A stretch of DNA of 64,000 bases from a virus (lineage: Duplodnaviria > Caudoviricetes): the IMG/VR virus record IMGVR_UViG_3300006153_000012, positions 14,045-78,044 of that record; one strand, written 5' to 3'. The notes under the pieces were generated by a model, which was not told where the DNA came from, did not search any database, and saw only the letters and a list, made by a program, of their open reading frames with translations. This document shows positions 27,761-38,588 of this stretch, piece after piece (position 1 is the first letter of the stretch; every line of letters starts with the position of its first letter). A program made the translations under genes and the position numbers.

Positions 27761-28483
27761 TTATTTATTTGGAATCCATGAGAGAATATCTTTATTGCCT
27801 AATTTGGAGGTATCTACAGTGCCGGCATATACACCAACCATTGCGTTATCAAATGCAATTTTATGTTGTATCTGCTTAAAACTTTGATTAAATCTATATA
27901 TAGATAAATCCATACACGAGTCATAATCATATGGAAATTCACTTGTATTTACCAAAGCAATAACAAGTTTCTCTAAATATGGTTCCTGTTTCTTTTTAGT
28001 GTTTCTTTTTTGCTTTTTTCGTTCTTTTTCTAATAAATACTTCCGTGCCGATTCATTGCCCGGCTTATATTTTACCTTTTCAAGTAGATTTATTTTTCTT
28101 ATAGTGTCAACTAAATCGTTATATACTTTTTCATTGATTTTAATATTGTTATTTGTACTATATATGTATGTATCATTATTCTTTTCCTTACAGACATCAA
28201 AATCAGACATATCTAAATCGCCAAATAATATTGAGATATCATATTTAGCATAAACAGGAAATAACATCTTAAATAATTCATAATCTGATATTGTTGTAAA
28301 ATCAATTCCCATATTGTCAAGTTGCACCATATATTGGAAAGGGCTGGCGGTAAGAGAAGAAACAATGCCATAATATGCGAATTCATCTTCCAGTATTTCT
28401 CCGACAGTAGGAATCCGAACCGAAAGTTTAGTGTCAGGAACATTTACAGACGATAGGTTTAAAAGACTTTTTTTATTTTCCAT
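27761..28483 (-). CDS. Tail-module protein
   Basis: 240 aa in head-tail/tail cluster. Confidence 0.65.
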   Translation of the reverse strand: MENKKSLLNLSSVNVPDTKLSVRIPTVGEILEDEFAYYGIVSSLTASPFQYMVQLDNMGIDFTTISDYELFKMLFPVYAKYDISILFGDLDMSDFDVCKEKNNDTYIYSTNNNIKINEKVYNDLVDTIRKINLLEKVKYKPGNESARKYLLEKERKKQKRNTKKKQEPYLEKLVIALVNTSEFPYDYDSCMDLSIYRFNQSFKQIQHKIAFDNAMVGVYAGTVDTSKLGNKDILSWIPNK

Positions 28484-28964
28484 ACTTCAACCCATTATTA
28501 AAATCCTTTACTATGAATTTTAATAGCCTTCCCTTATATTTTTGCTGTGGGCAATATGGATCGTTACTTATTAGAGTTGTTTCCCCTACCCCTAAAACAT
28601 TTTTTTCGCAAAATATATTATCAAGTTCACATACGGCTTTGTCATACCAAAGATATTTTCTGCCTTTTTCTTCATATTGAATAATATCCTCATGACACAT
28701 AACAAAGAAATAAATTGTCAAATCTTTAAATACGTTATTCCTTGGGTCGATTTTGGCACTGATTTCATAATTTATAAATCGTTTTGTTTTGCTTTGGGTT
28801 TCGGGTATAAATTCATGTGGATATGAATACTTGTATGGAATTATGTCTTCAGGATATTCTTCGTTTTCACAACCAAGTAATTTGATAATTTCTGTAGAAG
28901 TACATATTTGTCTCTCTATCAGTTTTCGATATTCAATAATTTCATAACTTCTTGATTTACCGAT
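28473..28964 (-). CDS. Head-tail joining/tail-terminator-like protein with non-ATG start
   Basis: Frame open from ATC (28964) GKSRSYEIIEYRKL.. through ORF-track 28721; fills the gap behind a GGTGGTGA RBS. Confidence 0.6.
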   Translation of the reverse strand: MGKSRSYEIIEYRKLIERQICTSTEIIKLLGCENEEYPEDIIPYKYSYPHEFIPETQSKTKRFINYEISAKIDPRNNVFKDLTIYFFVMCHEDIIQYEEKGRKYLWYDKAVCELDNIFCEKNVLGVGETTLISNDPYCPQQKYKGRLLKFIVKDFNNGLKYGK

Positions 28965-28980
28965 AAATATTCACCACCCA

Positions 28981-30009
28981 TCATTCAATAATATTTATTT
29001 TTATCTCAGACAATACAGTTTCACCAAGGACAATCTGTACAAAAAAAGAACCTCCAATAAGATTCTCATCATTAATAGAAACCGTTATTTGGTTATCGCT
29101 AATAGACTGCTGAACATCGAAATCTGATTTAACATTCCACTGATAATTTACTTTCTGCCAGTCAACAGAATTTCCATCTTTATCTATAAAAGTTACAGTA
29201 TATGAACGTTGATACCCATTCTTCAGATTTGTATTCCCAGAAATTAAACACCTTAAATCTGTCGTTTCATCGGGTTCTGATGGAGTGGGTGGGAGAGGAG
29301 AGGACGGATCAATGTAATCACAGATTCGTAATTCTTGATTGTCTTTATTTGGATTGAATTCTGTTTTATCAGCAATCAGGCTCAAAGTTCCTCCGTGATT
29401 TCCATGTAAAAACAGAACATCATCATTCCTTGTAATTTTAAATACCTTCTTTGGTATTTCAGATGTATCAACAAAAATCCTTTTTCCATCAATTGTTAAG
29501 CCATCAGCGTCATGTGGAATAAGAATTGTAAAGTTGTTAGAGGATAAGATTATTGTACTATTTCCAGATTCCCCAATATCATATTTAGACGCAGAAGTGA
29601 AGTTAGCCCAACGTTCTATAATTGTGCCATCATCTTTTTGCCATTTTATTTTATACTGACATTCTTTTAAAACTGCTTTTTCATATTCTCCGTTGTTTCC
29701 AGGTCTTCCATCAACAAGCCAATATTCATCTTCAAAAAATATATAATTCCCACTATGTAAAGTACCAATAGGTACTAAAATACATCTTTCCATAGACCTT
29801 AAGGATGAATCTGCCACATTACCTTGTATAATTCCACGCAATTCTATTGATTTGCTTAAATCGTGATTGAACAACAAAACAGTAGAAGCAATATCTGTCT
29901 CTAAAGATTCTGCGAAAGCATCTTCTCTATAATCCAGAAAACTTTGATTTTCATATCCGCCTAACATATTTGGTTTTGTTTTATTACCAATAAGATACCA
30001 TTCTTTCAT
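28981..30009 (-). CDS. Head-closure/neck protein with C-terminal Ig-like extension
   Basis: 342 aa; position after adaptor; Pro-rich linker before beta-rich C-terminus. Confidence 0.65.
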   Translation of the reverse strand: MKEWYLIGNKTKPNMLGGYENQSFLDYREDAFAESLETDIASTVLLFNHDLSKSIELRGIIQGNVADSSLRSMERCILVPIGTLHSGNYIFFEDEYWLVDGRPGNNGEYEKAVLKECQYKIKWQKDDGTIIERWANFTSASKYDIGESGNSTIILSSNNFTILIPHDADGLTIDGKRIFVDTSEIPKKVFKITRNDDVLFLHGNHGGTLSLIADKTEFNPNKDNQELRICDYIDPSSPLPPTPSEPDETTDLRCLISGNTNLKNGYQRSYTVTFIDKDGNSVDWQKVNYQWNVKSDFDVQQSISDNQITVSINDENLIGGSFFVQIVLGETVLSEIKINIIE

Positions 30010-30020
30010 CTGATACCCCC

Positions 30021-30413
30021 CTATGTATAAGCGGTAGGCTTTTGATTTTCTACCATTTCACTTGCGTTCCATGCAATATAATCAAGATGTGATTTCTCCG
30101 CTGTTTTAGTGCCATTACTACCGTCAATGCTTAAATCTTTACCTACAATTGAAACACGCTTATTAACAAGTGATACTTGACGTTCCTGATACATCTGTAA
30201 CATAAATTGTGCCAATGTATCAATTACATATTGGTCAAGTTTAGAATCGAATTGCAATAATTCATCATCAAAATTTATTTTGTCTAATTCAACAGAATAT
30301 CTACCAACAGCTTTCTTTAACCACATTATTTCAAGTGATTCTGGCAATACCTGTTTATCGGCAAAACTTGACTCAAAGCTATCTATTATATCTTTTGCTT
30401 CTGTATTTGCCAT
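30021..30413 (-). CDS. Head-tail adaptor-like protein
   Basis: 130 aa; position downstream of capsid. Confidence 0.6.
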   Translation of the reverse strand: MANTEAKDIIDSFESSFADKQVLPESLEIMWLKKAVGRYSVELDKINFDDELLQFDSKLDQYVIDTLAQFMLQMYQERQVSLVNKRVSIVGKDLSIDGSNGTKTAEKSHLDYIAWNASEMVENQKPTAYT

Positions 30414-30431
30414 AATTCACCTCACAATTGA

Positions 30432-30917
30432 TTAAATATCTGCAATTCTGCGACCGCAATAATCTTCACAAAATGCGTTCTTAGTATAATCATTCAGTTT
30501 TAAGTTTTTGATTGTATGTAACAGGTAAAATTTTTCTGCCCTAGTTACAACACTCTTTTTGACATTATCCTCAAAAGATTTTTGTGTTTTTAAATCAAAA
30601 ATTTTCTTGATAGCATCCTGAGTAAGAAAATCCTGTTTCTTATTATCAACATCAAAACTTAATTCGCTTCTTGTATAATCATCTTCAATATACCATGTAG
30701 CATGGCTGCCAACACCGTCTACGCCAGTAATAAGGGTATTGCCATTTTGTCCCTGTGCAATAATTTCCTCACGAGAAAGTAAAACAGTTCCCAATGCAGG
30801 AATAGTAATATCTCCAACACTTGTTTTCCTTGCTGAACCAGTAGTCCAAGGAGCAATACTTCTTACAGTTACCTTTTTATCTAATCTGATTTCTTCAGTA
30901 TTCTTTTCTTCAGCCAT
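30432..30917 (-). CDS. Phage protein (head module)
   Basis: GGAGGA RBS before MAEEKN. Confidence 0.65.
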   Translation of the reverse strand: MAEEKNTEEIRLDKKVTVRSIAPWTTGSARKTSVGDITIPALGTVLLSREEIIAQGQNGNTLITGVDGVGSHATWYIEDDYTRSELSFDVDNKKQDFLTQDAIKKIFDLKTQKSFEDNVKKSVVTRAEKFYLLHTIKNLKLNDYTKNAFCEDYCGRRIADI

Positions 30918-30953
30918 TTTTATCCTCCATAACAACTAATTTGTTTTTCGCAA

Positions 30954-31142
30954 CTATTTATTTTTAATTGAATTCCACAATTCTATGAGCATATCTAATC
31001 GTTCCGACTTTTGAAAAGTCCAATATCTTACATGTGTTCTCTGATTTGTGTCAGTATCAACATATTCTTCTTTCATCGAACGTAGAAATAAACTCATTCT
31101 TTTAGAATAACAATAAAAAATATTATTCATTATAATCACCAT
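30954..31142 (-). CDS. Small phage protein (resembles 48718-48900)
   Basis: FYCYSKRMSLFL vs FVCKSKRLANYL. Confidence 0.5.
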   Translation of the reverse strand: MVIIMNNIFYCYSKRMSLFLRSMKEEYVDTDTNQRTHVRYWTFQKSERLDMLIELWNSIKNK

Positions 31143-31197
31143 TCAACTAAGATAGGGGATAGAATACATCCTATCCCCACAATAAAAAGAATCCTAA

Positions 31198-32298
31198 TTA
31201 CTCAGCAAGAGAATCAAGATTCTTATCATGTAGCATACCAATCATATACTCCCTGTTTGGAGCAACCAGTGCGCCAACTTCGAGATCATACCTTGTAAAT
31301 AACTGACCAGTAGTAACATCATTTCCACTAAAGGAAGTAAGACCGCCACGAGTAACTGTAAATACAGGAGATTGACCACCCGTAGGCATTACAAAACCAA
31401 GTCCAGCATGTAACATAGTATCAAAGTTTGTGCCATCCTTATCAAGAGAAGTCAAATCATAAGGATTAGGAATCTCGGAAAGAGTAGCACCGTTGTAAAC
31501 ACCCATAAGCCCCGTATTATGAATTTCATCCATAATAGTTCTTGAAATACCGTTTACTGTAGGTGTAACACCTGCATATCCAGCAAAACCATTAAACTGA
31601 GAAATCAACGCATAATCGCCAGACACAGTAGGCTTACCAAAACGCCTTACGTTTGTGATAACACCATCAACACCAGTCTTTGTAAGACCTGACCCCTCAA
31701 AGAAGTATTTTACGCCTTTTGCGTTCTTGATTGCATTATAAATAGTTTCAACAACGTATTTTGCTGCCTTATTTCTAATCTGCACACGAACCTGTTCTTG
31801 TAACTCATTCTCGTCACTCATATCGCCAAGAGCCGCTTTTCTATAATCTACGGCATAACCGCCAGAAATAGTAGTGGTAGCAATAGGCATACGTTTCTTT
31901 CTGATAACAGGGAACTTCACGTCCTGACCAAGTGCCTGTTCATTTGCAGGAAGATTAGCAAACTCAGGAACTTCAACTTCGCAAGACTCATTATATCCGA
32001 TTGGTTTATAGTTACCATAAATTCCAAGCAGCTTGATTTCCTTTAAAAGCACCGGCTGCATTGCAAAACGTCTGATTTCGTTCAACTCAGAAATAGCATT
32101 TAAATCACCAGAAGATGCTTTGGAGTTCAGTTCCTTGATATATTTAGCAGCGACGTCTGCCTTCTTACCATAAGGTGCCAAGTCCTTTCCTGCTGTCATA
32201 GAAGAGAAAATTTCTACAACAGCAGACTTGCCGTTTACTTTACCACTAGCAAAACTAGCGTCTTTTCTTTCATTATTCAATTCAATAACATAAGACAT
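31198..32298 (-). CDS. Major capsid protein
   Basis: 366 aa after scaffold; HK97-like size and position. Confidence 0.8.
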   Translation of the reverse strand: MSYVIELNNERKDASFASGKVNGKSAVVEIFSSMTAGKDLAPYGKKADVAAKYIKELNSKASSGDLNAISELNEIRRFAMQPVLLKEIKLLGIYGNYKPIGYNESCEVEVPEFANLPANEQALGQDVKFPVIRKKRMPIATTTISGGYAVDYRKAALGDMSDENELQEQVRVQIRNKAAKYVVETIYNAIKNAKGVKYFFEGSGLTKTGVDGVITNVRRFGKPTVSGDYALISQFNGFAGYAGVTPTVNGISRTIMDEIHNTGLMGVYNGATLSEIPNPYDLTSLDKDGTNFDTMLHAGLGFVMPTGGQSPVFTVTRGGLTSFSGNDVTTGQLFTRYDLEVGALVAPNREYMIGMLHDKNLDSLAE

Positions 32299-32318
32299 AA
32301 ATTATGTACCTCCTTTTG

Positions 32319-32684
32319 TTATGCAGTTACCTTAACAACTGCGCCAAGTTTATTTCCAATGATTTCAGTAATTGTAAAGCAACCTACTGTATCCCCAACT
32401 TTAAAATCAGCAGACAGTGGATAGCCATATACTTCAAGTTCACCTACGACTTTTGCAGGGTCAAGAACACGCACATGAGTACCGGCAGGAATCTTGTATT
32501 CTGGCATTGCTTCGTCATCACCAGTTTCAAGCTGCATAATAACCTTTTTACCAGAGTCACTAGCAGTAAATTTACCATTTGCTACATCACCGAAAGCTCC
32601 GTTCATAACTTCCTTATCTACAACAGCATCCTCGAATGGATAAGCACCTCTTTCGATTTGACCAATCGTATGAAATTTGACCAT
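32319..32684 (-). CDS. Capsid decoration-like protein
   Basis: 121 aa between scaffold and capsid. Confidence 0.6.
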   Translation of the reverse strand: MVKFHTIGQIERGAYPFEDAVVDKEVMNGAFGDVANGKFTASDSGKKVIMQLETGDDEAMPEYKIPAGTHVRVLDPAKVVGELEVYGYPLSADFKVGDTVGCFTITEIIGNKLGAVVKVTA

Positions 32685-32706
32685 TTATTTTTCCTCCTAA
32701 ATTTGA

Positions 32707-33900
32707 TTAAAAAATATTGACATCCTCTTCCTCATTGTCCTGTGTTTCAGAACACATTTCAGAAAAAATGTCAATTACTTCATTGTCCTTATTTTCTTTT
32801 GCAGAATTCTGTTCTGCCACCTTTGCTTCAGCATCAGCTTTCTTAGAAGCCTGTCCAATGCCGGCATAAATCTTATTAACAATAGCATCAATATTTCCTT
32901 CTAGTGGCTTCTCATTAAAGGAATTAATTTCTGACTCGGCATATTTCTTTTCCTCATCACTAAAACCTTCAATAGCAGTATTAAGTTCTCCAATTCTTGC
33001 CTTAGCCTTTAATGCACCAAGTTCCTTTTCTAATGCTTCTCGTTCGCTCCAATAAGTTTCATGTTCTTTTTTGAGATCATCAAGAGCTTTCTGTACCTGC
33101 TCAATAGTTGCGTTCAATTCAACAATCTTTTCTTCCTTTTCAGCAATAACAGAATCCTTCTCACTGATTGTAGAATTTAACTCCGTAATTTTTGCAAGCA
33201 GTTCTTCGTTTTTACTATTTATTTCAGAAATAGTAGATTGGATTAATTCTTTCAATTCTTTTTCATCCAAAGTTTTGTCCTCCTTATTTTCTTGTTTTTG
33301 TGCGACTTCAAGTACAATGGCGTTATCATCTGCGGGAGAAACTGATAAAATAGAAGTGCCAGAGAAAACAAATTCTTTTGGTGTACGGAATTCGTCTTTT
33401 GGTTCTGCTTCTTCATATACAATTTTGTTATCGTTAGTTTCCAATCCCATGATTTCTATTGAACTATCCACGTTTCCTAATGCTTTATTTTGTCTTACCC
33501 ATTTAACAAAATTAGGATATCGTTGATTATATAAAAATCCGTTTGCAACTAAAGCTCTAATATCATTTCCATTCACATTGACATCTTCAATGCTGGCACC
33601 CTCAAAGCATCCAACAGTTTCAGAATTTTCAAATAAAGGTTCACGAACTCCATCATTATCAATTTCTTCACCTGTTAAACCGTGATCAAGAGGAGTTGAC
33701 TTCGTTTCGTCACAAAAAGAAGCACAGATAGGCATGAGTTTTACACTATCCATTGCATTAAGCACATATTCTTCCTTCCAATGAAGACCGTTCTTATTTG
33801 TTTCTTTATCATCTTCGTGAATTTTTAATAGGGCAATCTTTATAGGAACACGTCCGCCTTTAGAAGTCTGTTTAGAAATTTCGAGGATTTTTCCTAACAT
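32707..33900 (-). CDS. Prohead protease/scaffold
   Basis: Protease-like N-terminus (SSIEI), coiled-coil acidic C-terminus, after portal. Confidence 0.75.
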   Translation of the reverse strand: MLGKILEISKQTSKGGRVPIKIALLKIHEDDKETNKNGLHWKEEYVLNAMDSVKLMPICASFCDETKSTPLDHGLTGEEIDNDGVREPLFENSETVGCFEGASIEDVNVNGNDIRALVANGFLYNQRYPNFVKWVRQNKALGNVDSSIEIMGLETNDNKIVYEEAEPKDEFRTPKEFVFSGTSILSVSPADDNAIVLEVAQKQENKEDKTLDEKELKELIQSTISEINSKNEELLAKITELNSTISEKDSVIAEKEEKIVELNATIEQVQKALDDLKKEHETYWSEREALEKELGALKAKARIGELNTAIEGFSDEEKKYAESEINSFNEKPLEGNIDAIVNKIYAGIGQASKKADAEAKVAEQNSAKENKDNEVIDIFSEMCSETQDNEEEDVNIF

Positions 33901-33975
33901 AAACCATCCTCCTTAAAAATTTGTATAATAAAAGAAGCTTATAAAATGTAAGCCTCTGATTATTATTGTATTGTT

Positions 33976-35613
33976 TTATTTGTCGCTCGGACTTGGTATT
34001 GCATTACCGTTATTGGTTTGAGACTTTAATGTGTTTTCAGATGGGTTATCTGTTTTAGGTCTACCACCTTCATCTCCAGTATCATTATTAGATGTCCATG
34101 CGGTTTGATGTGGTAAATATTTTTCATATATACCGTCTTCAATTTCAGAATCCATTACACTCATATAAACATCAGGATCAACCCCTGTACTGGCGATTAG
34201 AAATGTCATAGAACCAGATGCAGAAATATATAAATCTTTCATCATTCCAAAAAATTCTTTCCTATTTACAAAAGAAGTAGGGAAGTAGTATATATCTATT
34301 TTATTTTTGGATTCCTTAATTAGATTTTTATTTATTACATGAACCAATTCATTTTTCCATTCACAAGCCCATGTATAAAGCTGTGCGGTTATCATTTCTA
34401 AGTTAGAAGTAGAACCAGCAAACGTGCCAGTAGACATTGCGCCAATCAGCGAAGCGCAGATACCTAAATCAACAGCAATATCGTTATTCATATCAGATTC
34501 ATTCTTGTTATCAAAAATATCTGTAGAAACATCTATTGAATCCAATTTTGTACCAGCAGCCAATGACATAAAACTCACGCCACCACGACTGTTTTTATGT
34601 AACACAGCACCCTTTACTGCATTATGTTGATCCTCTTGCTGTTTCTTTGTTAATGTAGAACCAGTACCTTGCTTATTCTCTGGAAACACCTCATAAATAA
34701 CACGGTTGTTTAATTCATCAAGAACATTCCTTTTAGTATCAATAAAGTAATCCTTATATAATACATCTGACAATGCAGCTATAATAAGACTTCTTCCCCA
34801 AGCCTCAACATTTTTACACTTGATTTTTCTGCACATTGTTCTATCAGGATTAAGAACTAACCAATCACCAGATGTATTTGTATTCTTTTTCTGATTGTAT
34901 CCATCAACAATTTCTTTAGGATATTTTCTTAATTTTCTATCTAACTCTTCACCAGTAAAATCATCAAAATATCTCAGATTAAATGCTAATACAAAACGTC
35001 CATTTTTCTTACCAACAATTTTTGTATATTGCCAAGGAAGAGTTATAATAGAAGCATTAAGACCAAAATCATTGATTTCTACAATATTTTCCACGTCATA
35101 ATCAGTCATAAACTTTCTGCGGTCTACAGACTTTTCCGTAGTTTCAAAATAGTAGAAAGCTATTCCATCCAACATTTCTGTGAATAAAGCGTCACGAATG
35201 AAAGCTTTATCATCAATTGTATCTAATGTAGACTTCATCAAATTTTTATTTACTTTTGCTTTTTGGGTTTTACTTTTACAAGTAATGATTCTATCAAGAG
35301 TCAGAAGTGCAGTCATATAATCTATAGAATTACTTACAATACCATTTTTACCATACACAAACTCAGATAATCGAATTGCTGTCTCGTGATTTCCGATAGG
35401 ATTTCTCAAAACAGAATCAATTTCTTCTTTTGTAAAGTAATCATACACTCCGCAATTAAAAATTGATTCAAATAGATGATGATAAGAATATGAGTTAAAC
35501 TCATAATCAATAGAATTGTCTTGCAGAGTGGTATTATTTGTTTCTACTACGGGTGGAGTAGTAGTTCTATTTTTAGGAGGGCGACCCCTCTTGCGTTTTA
35601 CTTCTTCAGGCAT
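33976..35613 (-). CDS. Portal protein
   Basis: 545 aa directly after terminase. Confidence 0.8.
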   Translation of the reverse strand: MPEEVKRKRGRPPKNRTTTPPVVETNNTTLQDNSIDYEFNSYSYHHLFESIFNCGVYDYFTKEEIDSVLRNPIGNHETAIRLSEFVYGKNGIVSNSIDYMTALLTLDRIITCKSKTQKAKVNKNLMKSTLDTIDDKAFIRDALFTEMLDGIAFYYFETTEKSVDRRKFMTDYDVENIVEINDFGLNASIITLPWQYTKIVGKKNGRFVLAFNLRYFDDFTGEELDRKLRKYPKEIVDGYNQKKNTNTSGDWLVLNPDRTMCRKIKCKNVEAWGRSLIIAALSDVLYKDYFIDTKRNVLDELNNRVIYEVFPENKQGTGSTLTKKQQEDQHNAVKGAVLHKNSRGGVSFMSLAAGTKLDSIDVSTDIFDNKNESDMNNDIAVDLGICASLIGAMSTGTFAGSTSNLEMITAQLYTWACEWKNELVHVINKNLIKESKNKIDIYYFPTSFVNRKEFFGMMKDLYISASGSMTFLIASTGVDPDVYMSVMDSEIEDGIYEKYLPHQTAWTSNNDTGDEGGRPKTDNPSENTLKSQTNNGNAIPSPSDK

Positions 35614-35629
35614 GTGTCGCCTCCTTTCG

Positions 35630-37447
35630 TTAATTTATCAGTGGTTCAAAATCATAGTCACTGTTATCTGAAATCAAGTCTTGTTCTAGCAAACTTATAA
35701 AATAGTTCCCATATGCAAGACTTACATATCTATCTTTAGTATTACTTCCAGTTTCATATAAAGTAATTACACCAGTTTGCTCATTTCTTGTATATTCCAA
35801 AGACATCATTTCATTAACCAATGCCTGTGTTTCTAAATATGGGCGTTCGTAAAATGACATTACATCACTATCTGGTGAAGCTAAATATTCAGGAATGTTT
35901 GATTCCAATATGTCTTTTGCTTCATCAAAGTTTACAAGCAAATCTATCATTTGAGAATCAAGAATATTTCGTAAAGATATAGCAATATCATTATTCAATT
36001 TCTGACTTGCATTTATTGCAAATACATTTTCTACAGCACCAGAAACATTTACTCTTTTTGCAATATCATCATCATTCATACAACGCCAAGCAGGATATTC
36101 ACAATCTCTATCTTCGTCATAGAGAACTTTTGCAAGTCTATCATATGTCAAAATACCACCATTACGAGTATCTAACACCACATAGTCTGCTTCAAAATCA
36201 TAATATAGCTGTTTGATTCTAATAGCTTGTTTGTCAACATCGCTACCTGGATTAGCTTCTATATAAGATGGGATTCTTCTATATCCGCTTTTGATTTCGA
36301 TAGTTTTGCCATCAATATTACTCGACTCGTAAGTAATGCTTTCAGGTAATGCACGAATACATGTAAAACATGAATTATCATTTTTGTTAGAGCGTTCAAT
36401 AAATGCCATATCACAAGCAACAATGCGAATTTCTCCATTTTGCTTTGGAATACTATATGGATTTTTCTTTTTGTTTCTTACATCTTCATACCTTCTTGGA
36501 TAAAATGCCTTTTTATTAGTTTGATTTTTAGTCAATAACCCATATGTAAAATATGCATTTGCACCTTCACGGAGCATTTCATTTTCATATTCCTCTCGCC
36601 ATGTAATAGGATCAGTTGTTCTCTTAGCTTCAATTAGTTGCGCCCGTGTTTTTATTGCATGTTTTAAGGCAATTGAGTAATCAGTGGCGAGCATACAAGA
36701 GGTATTATCTTTATATTTACTACTGATAGTGTCTTTTAATAATTTACCCATCCAATGAGAAGTAGGAGCCGCAGAACTGATATAAATATTTACAGCTTCT
36801 TCTAGGAATTCATCATTTTCACGATATTTAACGCCATATTGTTCACACTTTTCATTAGTTCTGAATTGTGCAGGTCTTGCCATTTGGAACGGTTTTAAGA
36901 CTTTATCAACAATATACTTGTCAATTCGCTTAAATTCTTCAAAAATTAAAACTGTACTACGATATCCTAAAGCCCCTTCGCCAGCAACAACAACTACAAT
37001 AGAACTGCCATTATGGAAAGTCACCTCAATATCATTTGCGTTTGTTGTTATTTTTTTTATTTCACGTCTTAGATTTTCCGATTTTGGCATCAATTCTTTT
37101 TGTATTTTTTCTTTTACAATAAGTGATGCCTGTTTTTTGGAGCCGCTGGCAACCACGACTTTAGTATTTGGATATAAAATTGCTTTTGCACAAGAAAATA
37201 TAGCAATAACAAATGACTTTGCGCTTGCACGACCTGCAATAATTACAACACTTATATAAATATTCAAAAGATAGAGCCATATTATTTGATACCAATGTAA
37301 GGGGATTCCGAGATAGTGTTCTACGAAAACTGGAATGTTTCTACGATAGAATGTTATCCAATCAATTATTCTTTCATAATTTGTTTTGCTAGATAACCAT
37401 GAATGAGGTGGGAAATTTTTGAATACATTTTTCTGGTAATTGTCCAA
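35630..37447 (-). CDS. Terminase large subunit
   Basis: AGRASAKS Walker A-like, GYRSTVLIFEE Walker B, CDMAF/NDNS and KDRYVSL nuclease motifs. Confidence 0.9.
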   Translation of the reverse strand: MDNYQKNVFKNFPPHSWLSSKTNYERIIDWITFYRRNIPVFVEHYLGIPLHWYQIIWLYLLNIYISVVIIAGRASAKSFVIAIFSCAKAILYPNTKVVVASGSKKQASLIVKEKIQKELMPKSENLRREIKKITTNANDIEVTFHNGSSIVVVVAGEGALGYRSTVLIFEEFKRIDKYIVDKVLKPFQMARPAQFRTNEKCEQYGVKYRENDEFLEEAVNIYISSAAPTSHWMGKLLKDTISSKYKDNTSCMLATDYSIALKHAIKTRAQLIEAKRTTDPITWREEYENEMLREGANAYFTYGLLTKNQTNKKAFYPRRYEDVRNKKKNPYSIPKQNGEIRIVACDMAFIERSNKNDNSCFTCIRALPESITYESSNIDGKTIEIKSGYRRIPSYIEANPGSDVDKQAIRIKQLYYDFEADYVVLDTRNGGILTYDRLAKVLYDEDRDCEYPAWRCMNDDDIAKRVNVSGAVENVFAINASQKLNNDIAISLRNILDSQMIDLLVNFDEAKDILESNIPEYLASPDSDVMSFYERPYLETQALVNEMMSLEYTRNEQTGVITLYETGSNTKDRYVSLAYGNYFISLLEQDLISDNSDYDFEPLIN

Positions 37448-37449
37448 TG

Positions 37450-38442
37450 TTAATCACCATCCTCATTAATCCAGTATTCTTTTTCTTTTTCCTTTTCTCC
37501 GAATATAAGATTTCTAAGAGGTCTGAACATAAACCTTTCAATATATTCAACAATCCCAAAGAAATCATGATACTTCTTTTTATCTTGATAAAATTCCGCT
37601 GGACAATATTTTTCAATATCCATTATCCATTTTCCAAAAGAGTCATTGCTTGTATCAGCATTTTCTACTTTTAATTCAGCAGCCTCAAACATTGCTTTAT
37701 AAGAATTGGAGAGCGTACCTATATCTTTTCCTGCCTGAATATTGACTTGCATCTGATATTCAAGCAGACAAAGATTTTTCATCATTTTTTGCTTCTTAAC
37801 ATCTGGCTTTTCAGTACATAGTTTTAACAGTTCATCATAATATCCTTGTAAAGTGGGATAAACTTTTGGTTCATATCCAGATCCCCAAAATTTAATCATT
37901 TTAGGAGTTAATTTATATTGATCAATATCTTCAATATCATCTGGATATTCTATTGGTTTATCTGTTTCCTCAAACCTCTCTTTGAGAGTATCTAACCAAG
38001 ATAATCCGATCCATGGCTTAATCTGTACTTTGCTTGAATATGTATGAATCCGGCTCCTATGTTCACTGATTTTTCTGCTTGCTGCCAAAGGAGATTCATT
38101 AAAATACAATCCATACATCATGCAAATAAATTCAATTGCCTTTTCCTCAGAACCTTCAAAGAATGAAATCATTTCAGGATAGAATTTATCGGTACATTTT
38201 CTGCAAACAGGGTAGTAGCCATAATGTTTAAATAGTGGAAAATTAGTTGGTGTAAAATTGGATTGCAGCTTAGTATATTCGTTACCGCAACACCAACATT
38301 TATAGGATTCTTTTTTAGAAGTAGTATCAACAGATACATTTTTCTTGGTATTTATTTTAGTGGACGCACTTACAGCTTTCTGCGTCTGTTCTAATTTGGT
38401 TCTTGCCATAAGCACTATCCTTTCGTTTTCAATTTTGTTCAA
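37450..38442 (-). CDS. Terminase-associated/small-subunit-like Zn-finger protein
   Basis: CWCCG..CRKC; immediately upstream of TerL. Confidence 0.6.
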   Translation of the reverse strand: MNKIENERIVLMARTKLEQTQKAVSASTKINTKKNVSVDTTSKKESYKCWCCGNEYTKLQSNFTPTNFPLFKHYGYYPVCRKCTDKFYPEMISFFEGSEEKAIEFICMMYGLYFNESPLAASRKISEHRSRIHTYSSKVQIKPWIGLSWLDTLKERFEETDKPIEYPDDIEDIDQYKLTPKMIKFWGSGYEPKVYPTLQGYYDELLKLCTEKPDVKKQKMMKNLCLLEYQMQVNIQAGKDIGTLSNSYKAMFEAAELKVENADTSNDSFGKWIMDIEKYCPAEFYQDKKKYHDFFGIVEYIERFMFRPLRNLIFGEKEKEKEYWINEDGD

Positions 38443-38475
38443 TTAAAAAAGACAGCCATGATGACTGTCTGAAAA

Positions 38476-38548
38476 CACATAGAAAGAGTCGGACTCTCAT
38501 TTTCAATTTTTGTGCGGAATCGAATGCCTTACCGTTAGGCGATATGTG
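38476..38548 (-). tRNA. Degenerate tRNA-like sequence
   Basis: CACATA/TATGTG acceptor, TCGCCTAACGGTAAGGCA D-arm, GAGAG-TCCGA-CTCTT T-arm; anticodon arm aberrant. Confidence 0.45.
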
Positions 38549-38588
38549 TGAATTGTGCTTTAAATTATAGTGAAAAATCAAATCTAAT

